A stretch of 63,303 nucleotides of DNA, filler included, from Choristocarpus tenellus KU-1152 (taxonomy: Eukaryota > Protista > Phaeophyceae), in NCBI GenBank assembly GCA_964200185.2. It is 8 parts of 8 records of this genome, joined end to end, with 100 filler letters (N's around TTAATTAATTAA, not from the genome) between each part and the next. Parts side by side here need not be neighbours in the genome. Positions count along the whole stretch, not along the records: positions 1 to 20,712 come from CAXNAD020000379.1; 7 more parts are not named here. The stretch is one strand, 5' to 3'. Below, in pieces: positions 1 through 12,987 of this stretch. The notes below the pieces were generated by a model that was not told the DNA's origin, searched no databases, and worked only from the letters and a program-made list of their open reading frames with translations. Position 1 is the first letter of the stretch; each line of letters begins with the position of its first letter. Both the position numbers and the translations under genes were made by a program.

Positions 1-84
1 TAACAAACACAATAACCAAGATTAAATCAAAATTGCAACATTGGATTTTGGCCCCCAAATGGACCCTCTAAGATACTTTGGCTC
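1..84 (+). mobile_element. MITE family A, 3' end
   Basis: ATCAAAATTGCAACATTGGATTTTGGCCCCCAAATGGA...CCCTCTAAGATACTTTGGCTC matches the 3' end of 42451-42708. Confidence 0.8.
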
Positions 85-583
85 TGTACATTTGCTCTAA
101 CCCTATTCTCAACCAGGAGTTCCCCCCTTAATCTGTAGATCCTTTTTGTTACATCACCTACCAATTGTTGTGGTGCTTAACTTTGGCAGTTAACTTAACT
201 TTGGTAGGTGATTGTATTTGTACTGATTAAATCAAAGAGCATAGACTGTCGCCGTTTCTGGTTAAGTCACCCCCATGTCACCACTTGATGCTGTAGCCCA
301 CCCTTGCAATTTAAGAGTCATTCCAAGCAGACGCTTTGTTCTTGCCTCTTCCAGAGGATGTCCTCCCTTCTTTTACTTTTTCCTCATTGATAGTTGTTGG
401 ATTACTGTAACTGTCAACTAAAGGTTCGGTCAAATATAATAATACACAAGTCTACAACAGAGTACCTCATTGAAGTTTAAAAAAAAAAGGGTGGGAAACA
501 AGAAAGATCTGAAGTATATTCCAAAAACAGTAAAACACACACAGGTGCGGAGGATGATCATTTTTCTTCCGAAATACAGCACA

Positions 584-663
584 ACCCTAACCCTGACTAA
601 CATAATCCTATCTAACCTAGCCCTAGCCCTAACCCTAACCCTAACCCTAACCCTAACCCTAAC
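584..663 (+). repeat. Interstitial (CCCTAA)n tract with CCCTAG variants
   Basis: C-strand telomere-type repeats ending ~85 nt before the acceptor at 746. Confidence 0.9.
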
Positions 664-746
664 ACACCGTAAATAATTAAAAAAACCAAATATGAACTGT
701 CTCTTGTGCTTGGTCCTGTGGTGCAATGAATTGAATTGGATTACAG

Positions 747-3700
747 ACCGGATGAGTTCAAGGACCTGATCAATGCTGTCTTCCGATTTAATTGGACTGG
801 AGAAGTTCACATCATAAGTGCCTTTCTTGGGTTCCTCACCAATCTACTCTCTGCCAATGGAACCTACATCCTTCCAACCCTGAACAATCTTGTTAGGAAT
901 ATGGCAGTGAGCTCGAAGGATGTTGATGGTAAGTTTCTGAGAGGGTCAGGGCTTTGGTGGCAACCGGGGATTGGGTTGTTGCAGTTGGAAGACCTTTTGG
1001 GAAGAACTTTCTTTGCAGTTGAAGTATAATAGACCCAGTGGAATTATTAGAGTGGGGGTTTGGTACACCTTCTGCAGGCTTTTGCAGGAGCGACCTGAGT
1101 ATATCCACAAATGATCAGTGAAGCAATTTTAACCTTAGGTTAAGTATACTTCTGTCCTTTTGATAATCTACCAATCCTAGCCTTTTAACCTTGAACTATA
1201 TCTCCGCAGTTCTAACCCTTACCCTTGATATAGCAATGTTCAAATTTATAGTTCAAAGTGTATCTCAGCTGCCCAAGTGTAGATCCTGAAGAATCTAAGA
1301 GTTAAGGGATGATGTTATTATTATTTCTAATAAATCACTAAATCACTAAATCACTAAATCACTACGTCAATCTATGTACACACGCATCGGCTTGATGTCT
1401 TGAACTATTTATTGAAAGGAGCTGGAAAAATATCTGGTGATGTTCACACACGCCAGGAGCATGTTCACAGAGCTATGCGGTCTAGCCTGTCACTGGTTCC
1501 TAGTGGGTGTTCTAAGCTGTTTGGAATGTTGAAGTCACACTATCCTCACCGAAGAGTGGGAGCGGAGGCGTTATCTGACTTTGCTAGGCAGGCGTTGAGG
1601 ATGACTCAGTATGCCCCACTTATGGAGGTGAGCTCACCCTATTTTGTGTGTTGTACAAATTGATATTGATACTGGAATTGGAATTGATATTGGAGTTGGA
1701 ATTGATACTGATATTGATACTGATATTGATACTGATATTGATATTGGAGTTGGAATTGATACTGATATTGATATTGGGATTGATACTGATATTGGCATTG
1801 ATATTGTTATTGATATTGATGTCAATATTGATATTGATACTGATATTGATACTACGATGATGTGATAGAGCTAGACTATGTATAGTGAGGTACAAGAGGT
1901 CACAAAGGTGATGCAGCTACGCTTTGTTTATCATTCTCTTCTCTCCCTAACCCTATCTCTGAGGGCGTGCTTTGTTTTTTTCAGGTAATAATTGCAGTAC
2001 TAGTTGGGTTATTTTATTATTGGCCTGTCAATACATTAGGGTTAGGGGTTGATTTATTCAGGTACTTTTGTTCTGTTGTTGAAACATGGAGGACTAACCA
2101 CTATTCTTTGCATACAGTAGCAAGTACAGTATACAGCAGTAGATCACCCAGTCCTTAGTCAAAGTACTTTGTAATTTGTAGTAATGTTAGTGGTGATTCT
2201 ATTCTGAGACAGCTGGTACAATACAGCTGGTACAATATTATCCACACTACTCGGCTTTGGTTCTAACTTTGGTTCTAACAACAGCTACACCCATCTGAAA
2301 ATGGATTACATTTGTTCTTGGATTTTTCTTATCATAGTTTGTCATTAATTTTTTATTAGTAGTGGTGCGTTAAAAATGTTTGTAAATGGTTAGGGTTTGG
2401 GTTAGGGTTAGGGTTAGGGTTGGTTCCTGTTCAGATCCTTAAGAGCATGGTTTTGCCTTGGACTTCTCTTGCTAGCTAGAAGTGATAGAGGTCTGTAAAA
2501 GTCTGAGGTATTCTGACCCTCTCAGTCCCTTTTGTGCTGCTATCTCTTGAAGCTCTGTAGTCCTGTGTGTGGATGATCTATCCTAAAACTCTTGAAGTGC
2601 ATGGTGTGTCCACCTTGTTTGTTGGTATGGTATATGCCAGTTTTTTCCCCTAACCCTTCCCCATACCGCCAAAACGTGTGTTAACAACTCCCTCATCTCA
2701 GATAAATGTGGTAAAGCTGATCGTGGAGAGGAGTCTGGAGATAGACGTTGAAATCAAGGTTAGAAAAATAAAATGATACATAAAATGATAAATAAAAAGT
2801 CATCTTAATGACCACAGTTTGTACTACCTCTCTTTTGTTTTCAAGTATCCCGTTGATGTTACCTTGATGTCATTTTGATGAATCTGATACTGATGATGAG
2901 ATGATGAGTTGTGACCAACAAGATTAGGCATGGGGTACGACTGGTGAAGGACATTTAATTTTTTTTTATTGGGTAGCATTTAAAAATGTGAAAACCTTTT
3001 GTTTATTTGATGACCAGTTCGAAGCACTTGTTCTGTTGTACCACGTTCTGTAGTCAAGTTGGTGTTTACTTATATTGTACTCATCTAGAATCTGTTGTTT
3101 GAGGATGTGAAACTTTGTTGACAACTTGTCTCATGAGATACTTAACCCTAACCTTAACCCTATGAATGCATTGAAAACAATAATGATCTGAAATATTTTG
3201 CTGTTGTTTGTTTGTTGTGCGGTGTGGAGGGTAAGAAGATTAGTTCACGCATCCTTAATTTTTGGGAAACCCATGTCCAATAACGAACACCCTAACCCTA
3301 AGCTCAACCGCCTTCTAAAGATCATGGACACAGGAGAGGCTGTTGTTGATGATGAAGAAGAGGAGGGTGCTCTGTTCACCATGGATGATCTGGTATATGG
3401 GACACCCAAGAAGGACAAACCAAAGGATGAAGTGAGGACCTTTCAACCTATTGGATAGGGGTTCAATATATATTTTTCCAGTTACTGTATTTTAAGTGTT
3501 ACACGCCCACTCGTCAGAAACATCTCAAAGCAGTCCCCCCCCCCCCCCCCCCCCAAAAAAAAAAAAAAAAAAAAAATATTTAAAAAAAAATATAAATATT
3601 CTAAATATTTTNNNNNNNNNNCCCCCCCTAAAAAAAGAGAAAAATGTACAATTATTTGGAAGAATAATTTTGACCGTTCTAAATTTGTTCTTTTGAGAAT

Positions 3701-6700
3701 GTTCTAAAATGTTATTTAAAATGTTATTTGAAAGCGTCTCGAGAAGGAACGGAAAATTCCTTGCATGGCTGCATCATGTCTCCCAAACCTTTGTTCTATG
3801 ATGTCACGTATGATGCATGTGTGTGGTAATGTGTCCTGCAGGTGGATGAGATGGCTGAGAAGCTCGACAGCGTGATGCTTGTTCTGTTTGGGTACCTAGA
3901 CCACCGCCTAAGTGGTAGACTAGACAAGTGGGCTGCGGATGCTGCCAGTGGCGATAACCACACCTCAGTCATGACTGACAGCTATAGTGGACAGGAAAAG
4001 GAGGGCCAGGCCGAGGGAATTGATGGGGGACAGGGGGTTGTGTTGGAGTCTGTTAATGTCAAGGGTGTGGATATTGGTGTGGACCGATTGCTGCAGGTAT
4101 TGAAGGGTTAGGGTTAGGGTTAGGGTTAGGGTTATGTTGATTTGAGTTTTAAGAAATTATATATTGTACTGAAGTTTGTTTTATACTCTGGGGTGTGTGA
4201 ATTGAAAGGGTGCTGATTCTTTCCGTGTGTTTGTGTGTGTGTGTGTGTACAACTAATGTGTGTGTGTGTGTGCGTGTAGTTTTTTTTGTGTTTAAGATTG
4301 TGAATATTTTCCTGATTTTTGAACCATCTGTTTTTGTAGTACTTGGATGGGATGGTAATATGGTGGGACGGTAGAGGTATACATAGAGCACGGTCTGTCC
4401 TTGAGATGTTTATTGTCCCCTTTCATGGTGTAGCCACAGTACTAATAATAGTAATAATAATAGTAATAATAATAGTAATAATAATAGTAATACTATTAAT
4501 AATAATAATAATAGTAGTAGTAGTAATAGTAGTAGTAGTAATAGTAGTAGTCGTTATGGCGGACTTGATTATGTTGAAATGTGAATGGCAGGACCCTCAA
4601 GAATCAATTCTGTGCAACAATTTGCTGATTTTTCATGGTAGAAGGAGGTGTTTAGCAGACAACTTTCAAAAGTCTCTCAGCAATGTGGCATAATGTGTGA
4701 ACTTGATTGTATTGATGTATTTCTTACGTTGTACATGAGATCCATTTATTTGTCCTTTCCCGTTCAACACCTCCAATATACCCTAACCCTAACCCTAAGT
4801 CTTTGGTGTTGTTTTTGTTGTTGACACTGTTCTCTAACTTTCTTATTATTATTGTTGACACTGTTAACTCTCTTCATGTTATTGGTTTGACACTGTTTAA
4901 ATTTCTTAATGTTATTGTTGACACTGTTTAACCTTTTTATTTTTATTCCCCATTGTATATTAATGTATTCGTTGTTGTAGTCTCTTATAGGCGTGTTTGA
5001 AGATGTTATACTGACAACACATAGGAGCAAGTTTGTACAGTTTACTCTGTTTTATGCCTGTGGAAGGTCTCCTTGGCTGGGATCACTTTTGTCCACCAAG
5101 CTGCAGGACGTTTTCAAGGATGACACCAAGCCAAAGGTGTGTCTCTGTAGTGTAGTATAGTATGATATAGTGTAGGATTTGGTTGTTTTTAGTAGTACTA
5201 ATATTTTGAAGTGGGGTTAATGTTTTTGAATGAAATATCCATCTCCATCTCTAATCTCTATATGGCTCTTGACATGGTATTATAGGGCTTATCAAGAAAG
5301 ATTCTGTCCCTGATTAGCCGTGTTTGTTGAGAACGCATGGCCATTGCCTGATGAGGTGACGTGCTCATGATATATAGGGTTAGGGTTAGGGTTAGGGTTA
5401 GGGTTAGGGTTAGGGTTAGGGTTAGGGTTAGGGTTTTGTTACGGTCAATTTGATACGTAAAAAAAAGAAAAGGAGGGTGTGTATGTTATTTCTTAAATGA
5501 CAGTTACAAATATATGAAAAAAAAAGTGTCTTGTGACTGCCGCAACTTAGTGTTGATGTATCTGATTGGTAGGTGCTGCTGAGTGGTATTGGTTATTTTT
5601 CTCTCTGACTTTCCATTGTAGTATTTTTGTATTACTTGATTGGCAGTTATTGAGTGTGTATTGTTTGACTTTCTATTGTAGTGTTTTTGTATTACTTGAT
5701 TGGCAATTATTGAGTGTGTATTGTTTGACTTTCTATTGTAATTTTTTGTATTACTTGATTGGCGGTTATTGAGTGTGTATTGTTTGACTTTCTATTGTAA
5801 TTTTTTGTATTACTTGATTGGCGGTTATTGAGTGTGTATTGTTTGGTGTTGTTTTTGTTGATACACTTGAGTTTGTAATAAAAAATAATTTGATGAAATG
5901 AAGATCTTGCAGTTGTCTCTATTGACCACTTCTTTTGGATGCCATTTTTTTTCTTAAACAAGAGTGAAAAATGGAACCTTAAAAAAAAGTTTTCAAAGGC
6001 TGAAGTGCAATCCTCTCAGTTCCAGTTACTGACTCATTGCTGTTATTATTATTGTTGTTGTTGGTAAGGGCATCAGGTAGGGTTAGGGGAAGGATTAGAA
6101 TGCATCGATTTTTTATGTTTTTTATTGTGTTTGTCTTGGTGGTACTGTAGTTTTTAGGGTTAGGGTTAGGGTTGTAATTCTTTTGCTCGTGATGCAGGCA
6201 ACGCCTTAGCCTTAGGAGTGAGAGATAGGGTTAGGGTAGATATTGTTTCACAATGTCCTTGGCCTTGGGCAGTACTCTTGCTTCCTAAGTTGTCACTTTC
6301 TTACTAACACTGTGTGAATATAATAAATGTAATACATAATATTGTGAATATATTAAATAAAACATATCATATGAATATAGTAAATACAATATATATTTTG
6401 TACCAATATTTGGATGATCCAATAGCTACAATAATAATATAGGAATAGTTTGTATATATTGTTCTGACCCTTTGCCCGTCTCCCCTCCCCCCATGCTTGA
6501 ACTGCCTGAATGAATTGGATGAAATTGTAGCTAACCCGTCAGACGTCTGTGGCTTATCTCGCTAGCTTCCTGGCTAGGGGTTCTTTTGTAAAGGATGATG
6601 TGCTCTCTTCATCACTCAGTTCCCTTCTAGACTGGGCTGTTGACTACCTGGATAGACAGGCGGGGGTGGGGCTTGATGGTAGTGCTGCTCAGGGAGGGAG

Positions 6701-7417
6701 TCTGTCTAGTGAGGGGATGCAGGTGGGTTTTGTATGTTTGTGGAGGGATGTGTGTGCATTGAGTATGTTTGGAGTGGTGGTACCAAGCCAAGCTGTATAT
6801 AATGGCTGATCCAGTTTTGTTCAAATATGTGTATGTGAGTTGTGAGGTGTACCCTTTAGTTGGCATCAACAATTGTGGTGACACTACGCCTCATTTATCA
6901 TAGGGTTAGGGAACTCATTGTAGTAAAATTCCTTCACCGAAAACCTTTACTTCTTATTTTTTGTTTGTCAATTTTTTCTACAGCCAACTGTGAAAGTGCA
7001 AACCCAAGGTTAGGGTTAGGGTTAGGGTTTGGATTAGGTTTTACTCTATCCCAGTACCTAAATAGGGCGGTACCAACTGAAGTACAGAATTATTTTAATA
7101 TTCTATATAGCATGGTCACTAGCATGGATCTGTCTGTTAGGGATGGACGTTGGTGAGGCTCTGCGAAGAGATGAATGTGAGTAGAAAATAGGGATGTCTT
7201 TGATTCCAGTATATAGAGTTATTGATTCCAGTATATAGAGTTATTGATTCCAGTATATAGAGTTATTGATTCCAGTATATAGAGTTATTGATTCCAGTAT
7301 ATAGAGTTAGGGTTAGGGTTAATTTTGTAGTGTTGAGTATCAGGCTGTGTGCTTGGATTGTTGATCTTGTTTATCTTTTTGTCCATGTGAGACCATACTC
7401 ATAGTCAGTGAAAGGGA

Positions 7418-7454
<37 letters not shown>

Positions 7455-10400
7455 TAGTGTTTGTAATTGATTTTGGTAGGAGTCAGGACTTTCCATTAAT
7501 AGATGATGTTTTAATTGTTGTGTTTTGTCAGATATAGTTGAAGGGGTATTATTTTTTATTTATTGGTGTTGATAATATTGATATTATTGATACTGTTGAT
7601 ACTATATATATTGTTGATATTATTGATATTGTTGGGACGTAGTGTACTTGACTTGTTTGATGTATGTAGAATCATATATTATTTTAGTATAGTAGTGGGG
7701 TATCTGAGTGAATCCTTTCACTGCAATTGTCAAGTGAGTCAAGTGACTGTTGACAAATCATTGATTCGATATGTATCAATGGTATCCATGGTTGGATTTG
7801 CTTCTTTTTAGGGTTAGGGTTAGGGTTAGGGTTTGATTTGTTTTCATTTTTGGCTAGTTGGAGTTGTGACTACGCAGACTCTTGAATTCCGTGTAATACA
7901 TAAAACCCATGTAGAATAAAAATGTCATTATTTTCTGTTCTTGATAATTTATTTTATATTATTTTATTTTATTGCATGTATCATGTCAGGGAGGGCAAAA
8001 TGGCTTGAGGACCCCGGGCAGTGCAAAGAGCCACTCTAGGTCATGGCATAGTGGATCCGCCTACGCTGGGTCATACAAAACTCCAAATGGAGGACGGGGC
8101 ACTGGGGCTGCGGGGAGCTGGATGGGTGGAGGGGGAGACCACATGTTATTTTATTCCGTGTGTCAAGCATCCTTTTACATCATGTGCTTTAGGGGGGAGG
8201 ACATTGCAGGGTGTGGTGCCATTGTGGGTCAGGTGAGATAGGAGTAATCCCTCTGATATATTAGGAAACCCTCAGGCAATGTTGTTGTGTGTTGAATGGA
8301 TCCGTGTTGAGTGTTCTCTGTGTACAATAGTTGTGTGTTGAATGGATCAGTGTTGAGTGTTCTCTGTGTACAATAGTTGTTGTGGTCTCATCGACCTCCC
8401 TCTACAGATCAGATAGGTGAGGTGTTTGGTGTGTTTTGAACATTGAATATATTGGATACATTGTGTTAACTACATTTCTTTTTATGATGGAAGTAGTTTT
8501 GCAATATATTTCACAACTTTTGAACTACTGTTGTTACACTATTGTTGTTACACTACCTACTGTTATTGCACTAACTATTGTTATTACACTAACTATTGTT
8601 ATTACACTAACTACTGTTATTACACTAACTATTGTTATTGCACTAACTACTGTTATTACACTAACCATTGTTATTACACTAATTAGTGTTGTTACACTAA
8701 TTATTGTTATTACACTAACTATTGTTATTACACTATTGTTGTTACACTAACTATTGTTATTACACTATTGTTGTTACACTAACTATTGTTATTACACTAT
8801 TGTTGTTACACTAACTATTGTTATTACACTAACTATTGTTGTTACACTAATTATTGTTCTTACACTAACTACTGTTATTACACTTACTAATGTTATTACC
8901 CTAATTATTGTTATTACACTAACTACTGTTATTACACTAATTATTGTTGTTACACTATTTATTGTTATTACACTAACTACTGTTATTACACTAACTACTG
9001 TTATTACACTAACTACTGTTATTACACTAATTATTGTTATTACACTAATTATTGTTATTGCACTAATTATTGTTACTGCACTAACTATTGTTATTACACT
9101 AACTATTGTTATTACACTATTGTTATTACACTAACTACTGTTATTACACTAACTATTGTTATTGCACTAACTACTGTTATTACACTATTGTTATTACACT
9201 AATTATTGTTGTTACACTAATTATTGTTATTACACTAACTATTGTTATTACACAAATTATTGCTATTGCACTAACTATTGTTATTACACTAACTATTGTT
9301 ATTACAGTAATTATTGTTATTACACTAACTATTGTTATTACACTAATTATTATTATTACACTACTGTTATTACACTAACTATTGTTATTACACTAACTAC
9401 TGTTATTACACTAATTATTGTTATTACACTAATTATTGTTATTGCACTAACTATTGTTATTACACTAACTATTGCTATTACAGTAATTATTGTTATTACA
9501 CTAACTGCTGTTATTACAGTAATTATTGTTATTACACTAACTATTGTTATTACACTAACTACTGTTATTACACTAATTATTGTTACTACACTAATTATTG
9601 TTATTGCACTAACTATTGTTATTACACTAACTATTGCTATTACACTAATTATTGTTATTACACTAACTGCTGTTATTACAGTAATTATTGTTATTACACT
9701 AACTACTGTTATTACACTAATTATTGTTATTGCACTAACTATTGTTATTACACTAACTATTGCTATTACACTAATTATTATTATTACACTACTGTTATTA
9801 CACTAACTATTGTTATTACACTAACTATTGTTATTACACTAATTATTGTTATTACACTAATTATTGTTATTACACTAACTATTGTTATTACACTAATTAT
9901 TGTTATTACACTAATTATTGTTATTACACTAACTATTGCTATTACAGTAATTATTGTTATTACACTAACTGCTGTTATTACAGTAATTATTGTTATTACA
10001 CTAACTACTGTTATTACACTAATTATTGTTATTACACTAACTATTGTTATTACACTAACTATTGCTATTACACTAATTATTATTATTACACTACTGTTAT
10101 TACACTATTGTTATTACACTAATTATTGTTATTGTACTATTGTTATTACAGTAATTATTGTTATTACACTAACTATTGTTATTACACTAACTGCTGTTAT
10201 TACACTAACTGCTGTTATTACACTAATTATTGTTATTACACTAATTATTGTTATTACACTAACTATTGTTATTACACTAACTATTGCTATTACACTAATT
10301 ATTATTATTACACTACTGTTATTACACTATTGTTATTACACTAACTATTGTTATTACACTAACTATTGTTATTACACTAACTATTGTTATTACACTAACT

Positions 10401-10687
10401 ACTGTGGTGTATCGTGGTGTGTCATGTAATCATGTAATTGTAGGCGGCATCGTGGGGTCGTTTGCTGAGGTCCCCACTGTGTCCCCTAAAGTACTGTCTT
10501 GATACTGTGAGAAAGGAGTTTGCTCGTTTGTGCTGCCAGCTGTTATCGGATCATCTCAACACGTGTGTGTTGGATTACCTGTCAAATGTTGCGGATGAGG
10601 TTGGTCCAAAGCAGGTGAAGTGTTCTGGAAGGTTTGATTTGGTTTGATTTGGTTTGTAAGGCACGTTCAGTTATTTCCAACATGGTA

Positions 10688-10723
<36 letters not shown>

Positions 10724-12987
10724 GTTTTTGATCCTTGTTGATGAATAATAGAGTGTATGGTTTTTGTTTTAGGTGCGGTGGTGGTGTTTCCTTGGTTAGG
10801 GTTAGGGTTAGGGTTAGGGTTAGGGTTAGGGTTAGGGTTAGGGTTAGGGTTAGGGTTAGGGTTAGGGTTAGGGTTAGGGTTATACTGAGAGAGGTTGTTG
10901 GTATGATGGGAGTATGGTGTTTTTTGAGTATGGTGCATGATACGGAATGTTAATAAAAATGGTAATGTAGGGTATTTTGTTGGTGTACATCTTATTTTGG
11001 TAATGGCCCCTGTATCACTCAATGTTGTGTTTTTACTTTTGAAGGGAGGGGTGGTTATAGGTTGTTTAATAGTAGCTGCCTTTGGATGAATAGCGGCACT
11101 TATAAATGTACGTCTAACAATACCTTCACCATCAAACACTCAAATGATGACTCTGGGCTTGCTTGCAAGCTGATGATTGGTTAGGGTTGGAACCTTTGAC
11201 CTGTGTATCGCCAATGCACTATAGTACCAATCAATGCACATGCTCAACAACCTCGACAACCTAGTTTTTTTTAATTTTAGTGAACAAATGGGAGTAGTTT
11301 ATTGTGGCAATTGTCTTACTACTTAAAATATATGGATGTATTCATGTTTTTATTCTCGTATTTGGAAGGGTTAGGGTTTCAAGGATAGGTGTCTCTTGAG
11401 CTCTCCCTTTACTTTGTTTTTGCTAACAAATGATGTCACTACGATGTCACTATGATGTCACTTTGGACATATGTTAATCACTCTCATTTGAATTGTCTCT
11501 AATGATTAAGGCTGAAGGATAGTGATCATCACAATGACCAGGTGTCCTTAAAGAGAAAATATGAATATAAATATAAATGTAAATATTTCTTTATACATTC
11601 CTTTCGTCCAACTTTCAAATTTGTATCTAGAAAAAGATAAGGTTCCTTGTAATAACAAATAAATAATAAAAGAGTATATTGATTACATATGCAACTAAAA
11701 ATGATTTGTGATCCTGTCATCACAAATGTCCCCTATTGAAAGACTTCATATACCCGGGGTTTTTAATATCCTTATCCTACTGACCCCATGACGACAATCA
11801 TTGCAGGGTGCACAGGTCTCTGTTGGCTTAGGCCTGCCCCAATCAGCTGGTATGGTTGGTCTATCAACAGGTAGCTCTAACTCTACCACCAAGGCGGGAG
11901 GGTTAGGGAGGGGATGTAACCCCTTGGACTCTTTCTTTCCCTTTGATCCCTACTTGTTACGGAGGTCTCATGTTTATATTGCTGGGATGTATATCACTTG
12001 GAAGGTAAGGACAACTGTTACACATTGATGCTCTTGATGTAGTGTACTCAAGAAAAGACATTAGCAGATAGTTGGAAGGAGGTGTGTATTTATTACCTTA
12101 GTGCTCTGCCTCATGGTGGTGGTGTTGTAGGTGGCTTGTCAATGTGGAATCGTCACTTGTTTGTTTTTTTGTATGAGTTTATTGTGTGAGGTTTAATCCT
12201 GTAGAGATGCCCTTGAAGAGGTCTCATGTTGTATCTTTTTTATGTAGAGATGAAAATCTTGCAACTTTTGGTTAATGAAGGTTTTGTAATGAAAATGACA
12301 CATGCTATTACTAGGTAGTACTTAGGTGAAGTGTGGCAGAAGAACTAAACTATTAAATTATTGGGGTTTTTTATTGAGGTTAAAAGATTCGACATTTCAT
12401 TGGTAATTTTAGCGGAATGTCCTACCTTTCCTGCTGAAAGATAACTGATGCAATGCTACATTTTAAATGTTTATGTTTTTTTTCAGGGACCTAAGGATGA
12501 TAAGGTACCTGCAGAGGGCAAGGAGGCAAAGGGGAGCAGGAGTTCAACATCAGACGTATCGTCAGACTCTGATAGTGACCAGTCCTCCACAGATGAGTCT
12601 GACAACAGTGATTGCGAGGGGAATGAGCTTGGGGATGAAATCAGTGAAATGGATACTCAGTCCTTCAGCATGCAAGGAGAAGCTAGGCAAGCCGCAGGGG
12701 AGCTCATGTCTCGTGGAAGACATGGTGTGCCAGGCAGCAGTTGGGGAGATGGTGGGAGTGGCGTTAGCTTGCATGGTTCAGACTTGCATATGGCAGTTTC
12801 ACAGAAGTTGGCGAGCAGTTACATTTCGGAGGGGATGTCAGTTACGCCGGCTAGCTCGGTGGCAATGGGGAGTAGCGTTGGAAGGGGAATGCTGGCTTCA
12901 TCTTTGGCGGATGATGGGCGATGGGGACAGGTGTCTGATGAGGCATTCTTCCACCAGAATGTATCCCCGTCCACCACACCCCCTTGA
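747..12987 (+). CDS. RRN3: RNA polymerase I transcription initiation factor RRN3/TIF-IA, 5'-partial; 11 exons visible
   Basis: Phase-consistent GT-AG exons: 747-928, 1419-1627, 2702-2758, 3321-3431, 3842-4096, 4981-5136, 6531-6722, 7990-8232, 10444-10614, 11807-12004, 12487-12987. RRN3-type motifs: LEIDVEI, MAEKLDSVM, VFEDVILTTHRSKFVQF, AYLASFLARG, FYSVCQASFYIMCFRG, PLKYCLDTV, NPLDSFFPFDPYLL. Ser/Asp-rich C-terminal tail. Confidence 0.9.
1660..1853 (+). repeat. Degenerate hexamer microsatellite (GATATT/GATACT/GGAATT)n
   Basis: About 32 hexamers just after the donor at 1628. It is the source of the DIDID, ISISI and LILIL ORFs. Confidence 0.9.
4440..4551 (+). repeat. Compound (AAT)/(AGT) trinucleotide microsatellite
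   Basis: Directly visible; intronic. Confidence 0.9.
5377..5435 (+). repeat. Interstitial (GGGTTA)n tract
   Basis: About 10 units. Further G-strand tracts occur at ~2388-2421, 4105-4133, 6155-6172, 7008-7030, 7306-7321 and 7809-7833. Confidence 0.95.
5606..5845 (+). repeat. ~60-bp tandem repeat, about 4 copies
   Basis: TTGTTTGACTTTCTATTGTA...TATTGAGTGTGTA recurs at 5661, 5721 and 5780. Confidence 0.9.
7200..7309 (+). repeat. 22-bp tandem repeat, 5 copies, running directly into telomeric repeats
   Basis: TGATTCCAGTATATAGAGTTAT at 7201, 7223, 7245, 7267 and 7289. Confidence 0.9.
8525..10404 (+). repeat. ~1.9-kb intronic minisatellite, 18-bp unit ACACTAAYTATTGTTATT
   Basis: About 100 degenerate tandem units in RRN3 intron 8233-10443. 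It produces the spurious TLTIVI and YYTNYC ORFs. Confidence 0.95.
10794..10882 (+). repeat. Interstitial telomere-type (GGGTTA)n tract, longest in the window
   Basis: About 15 perfect units in RRN3 intron 10615-11806. Confidence 0.95.

Noticed and set aside
7200-7309. CRISPR-like array (also considered 5606-5845)
   Set aside because: The units are head-to-tail with no unique spacers, they sit in eukaryotic introns, and there are no cas genes.
8436-10344. Repetitive hydrophobic or Cys/Tyr-rich ORFs (TLTIVI, YYTNYC)
   Set aside because: These are translations of the intronic 18-bp minisatellite.
10794-10882. True chromosome end
   Set aside because: The tract is short and RRN3 exons continue colinearly on both sides.
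430-11139. VRVRVR, NPNPNP, LTLTLT and DIDID ORFs
   Set aside because: These are translations of telomeric and hexamer microsatellites.
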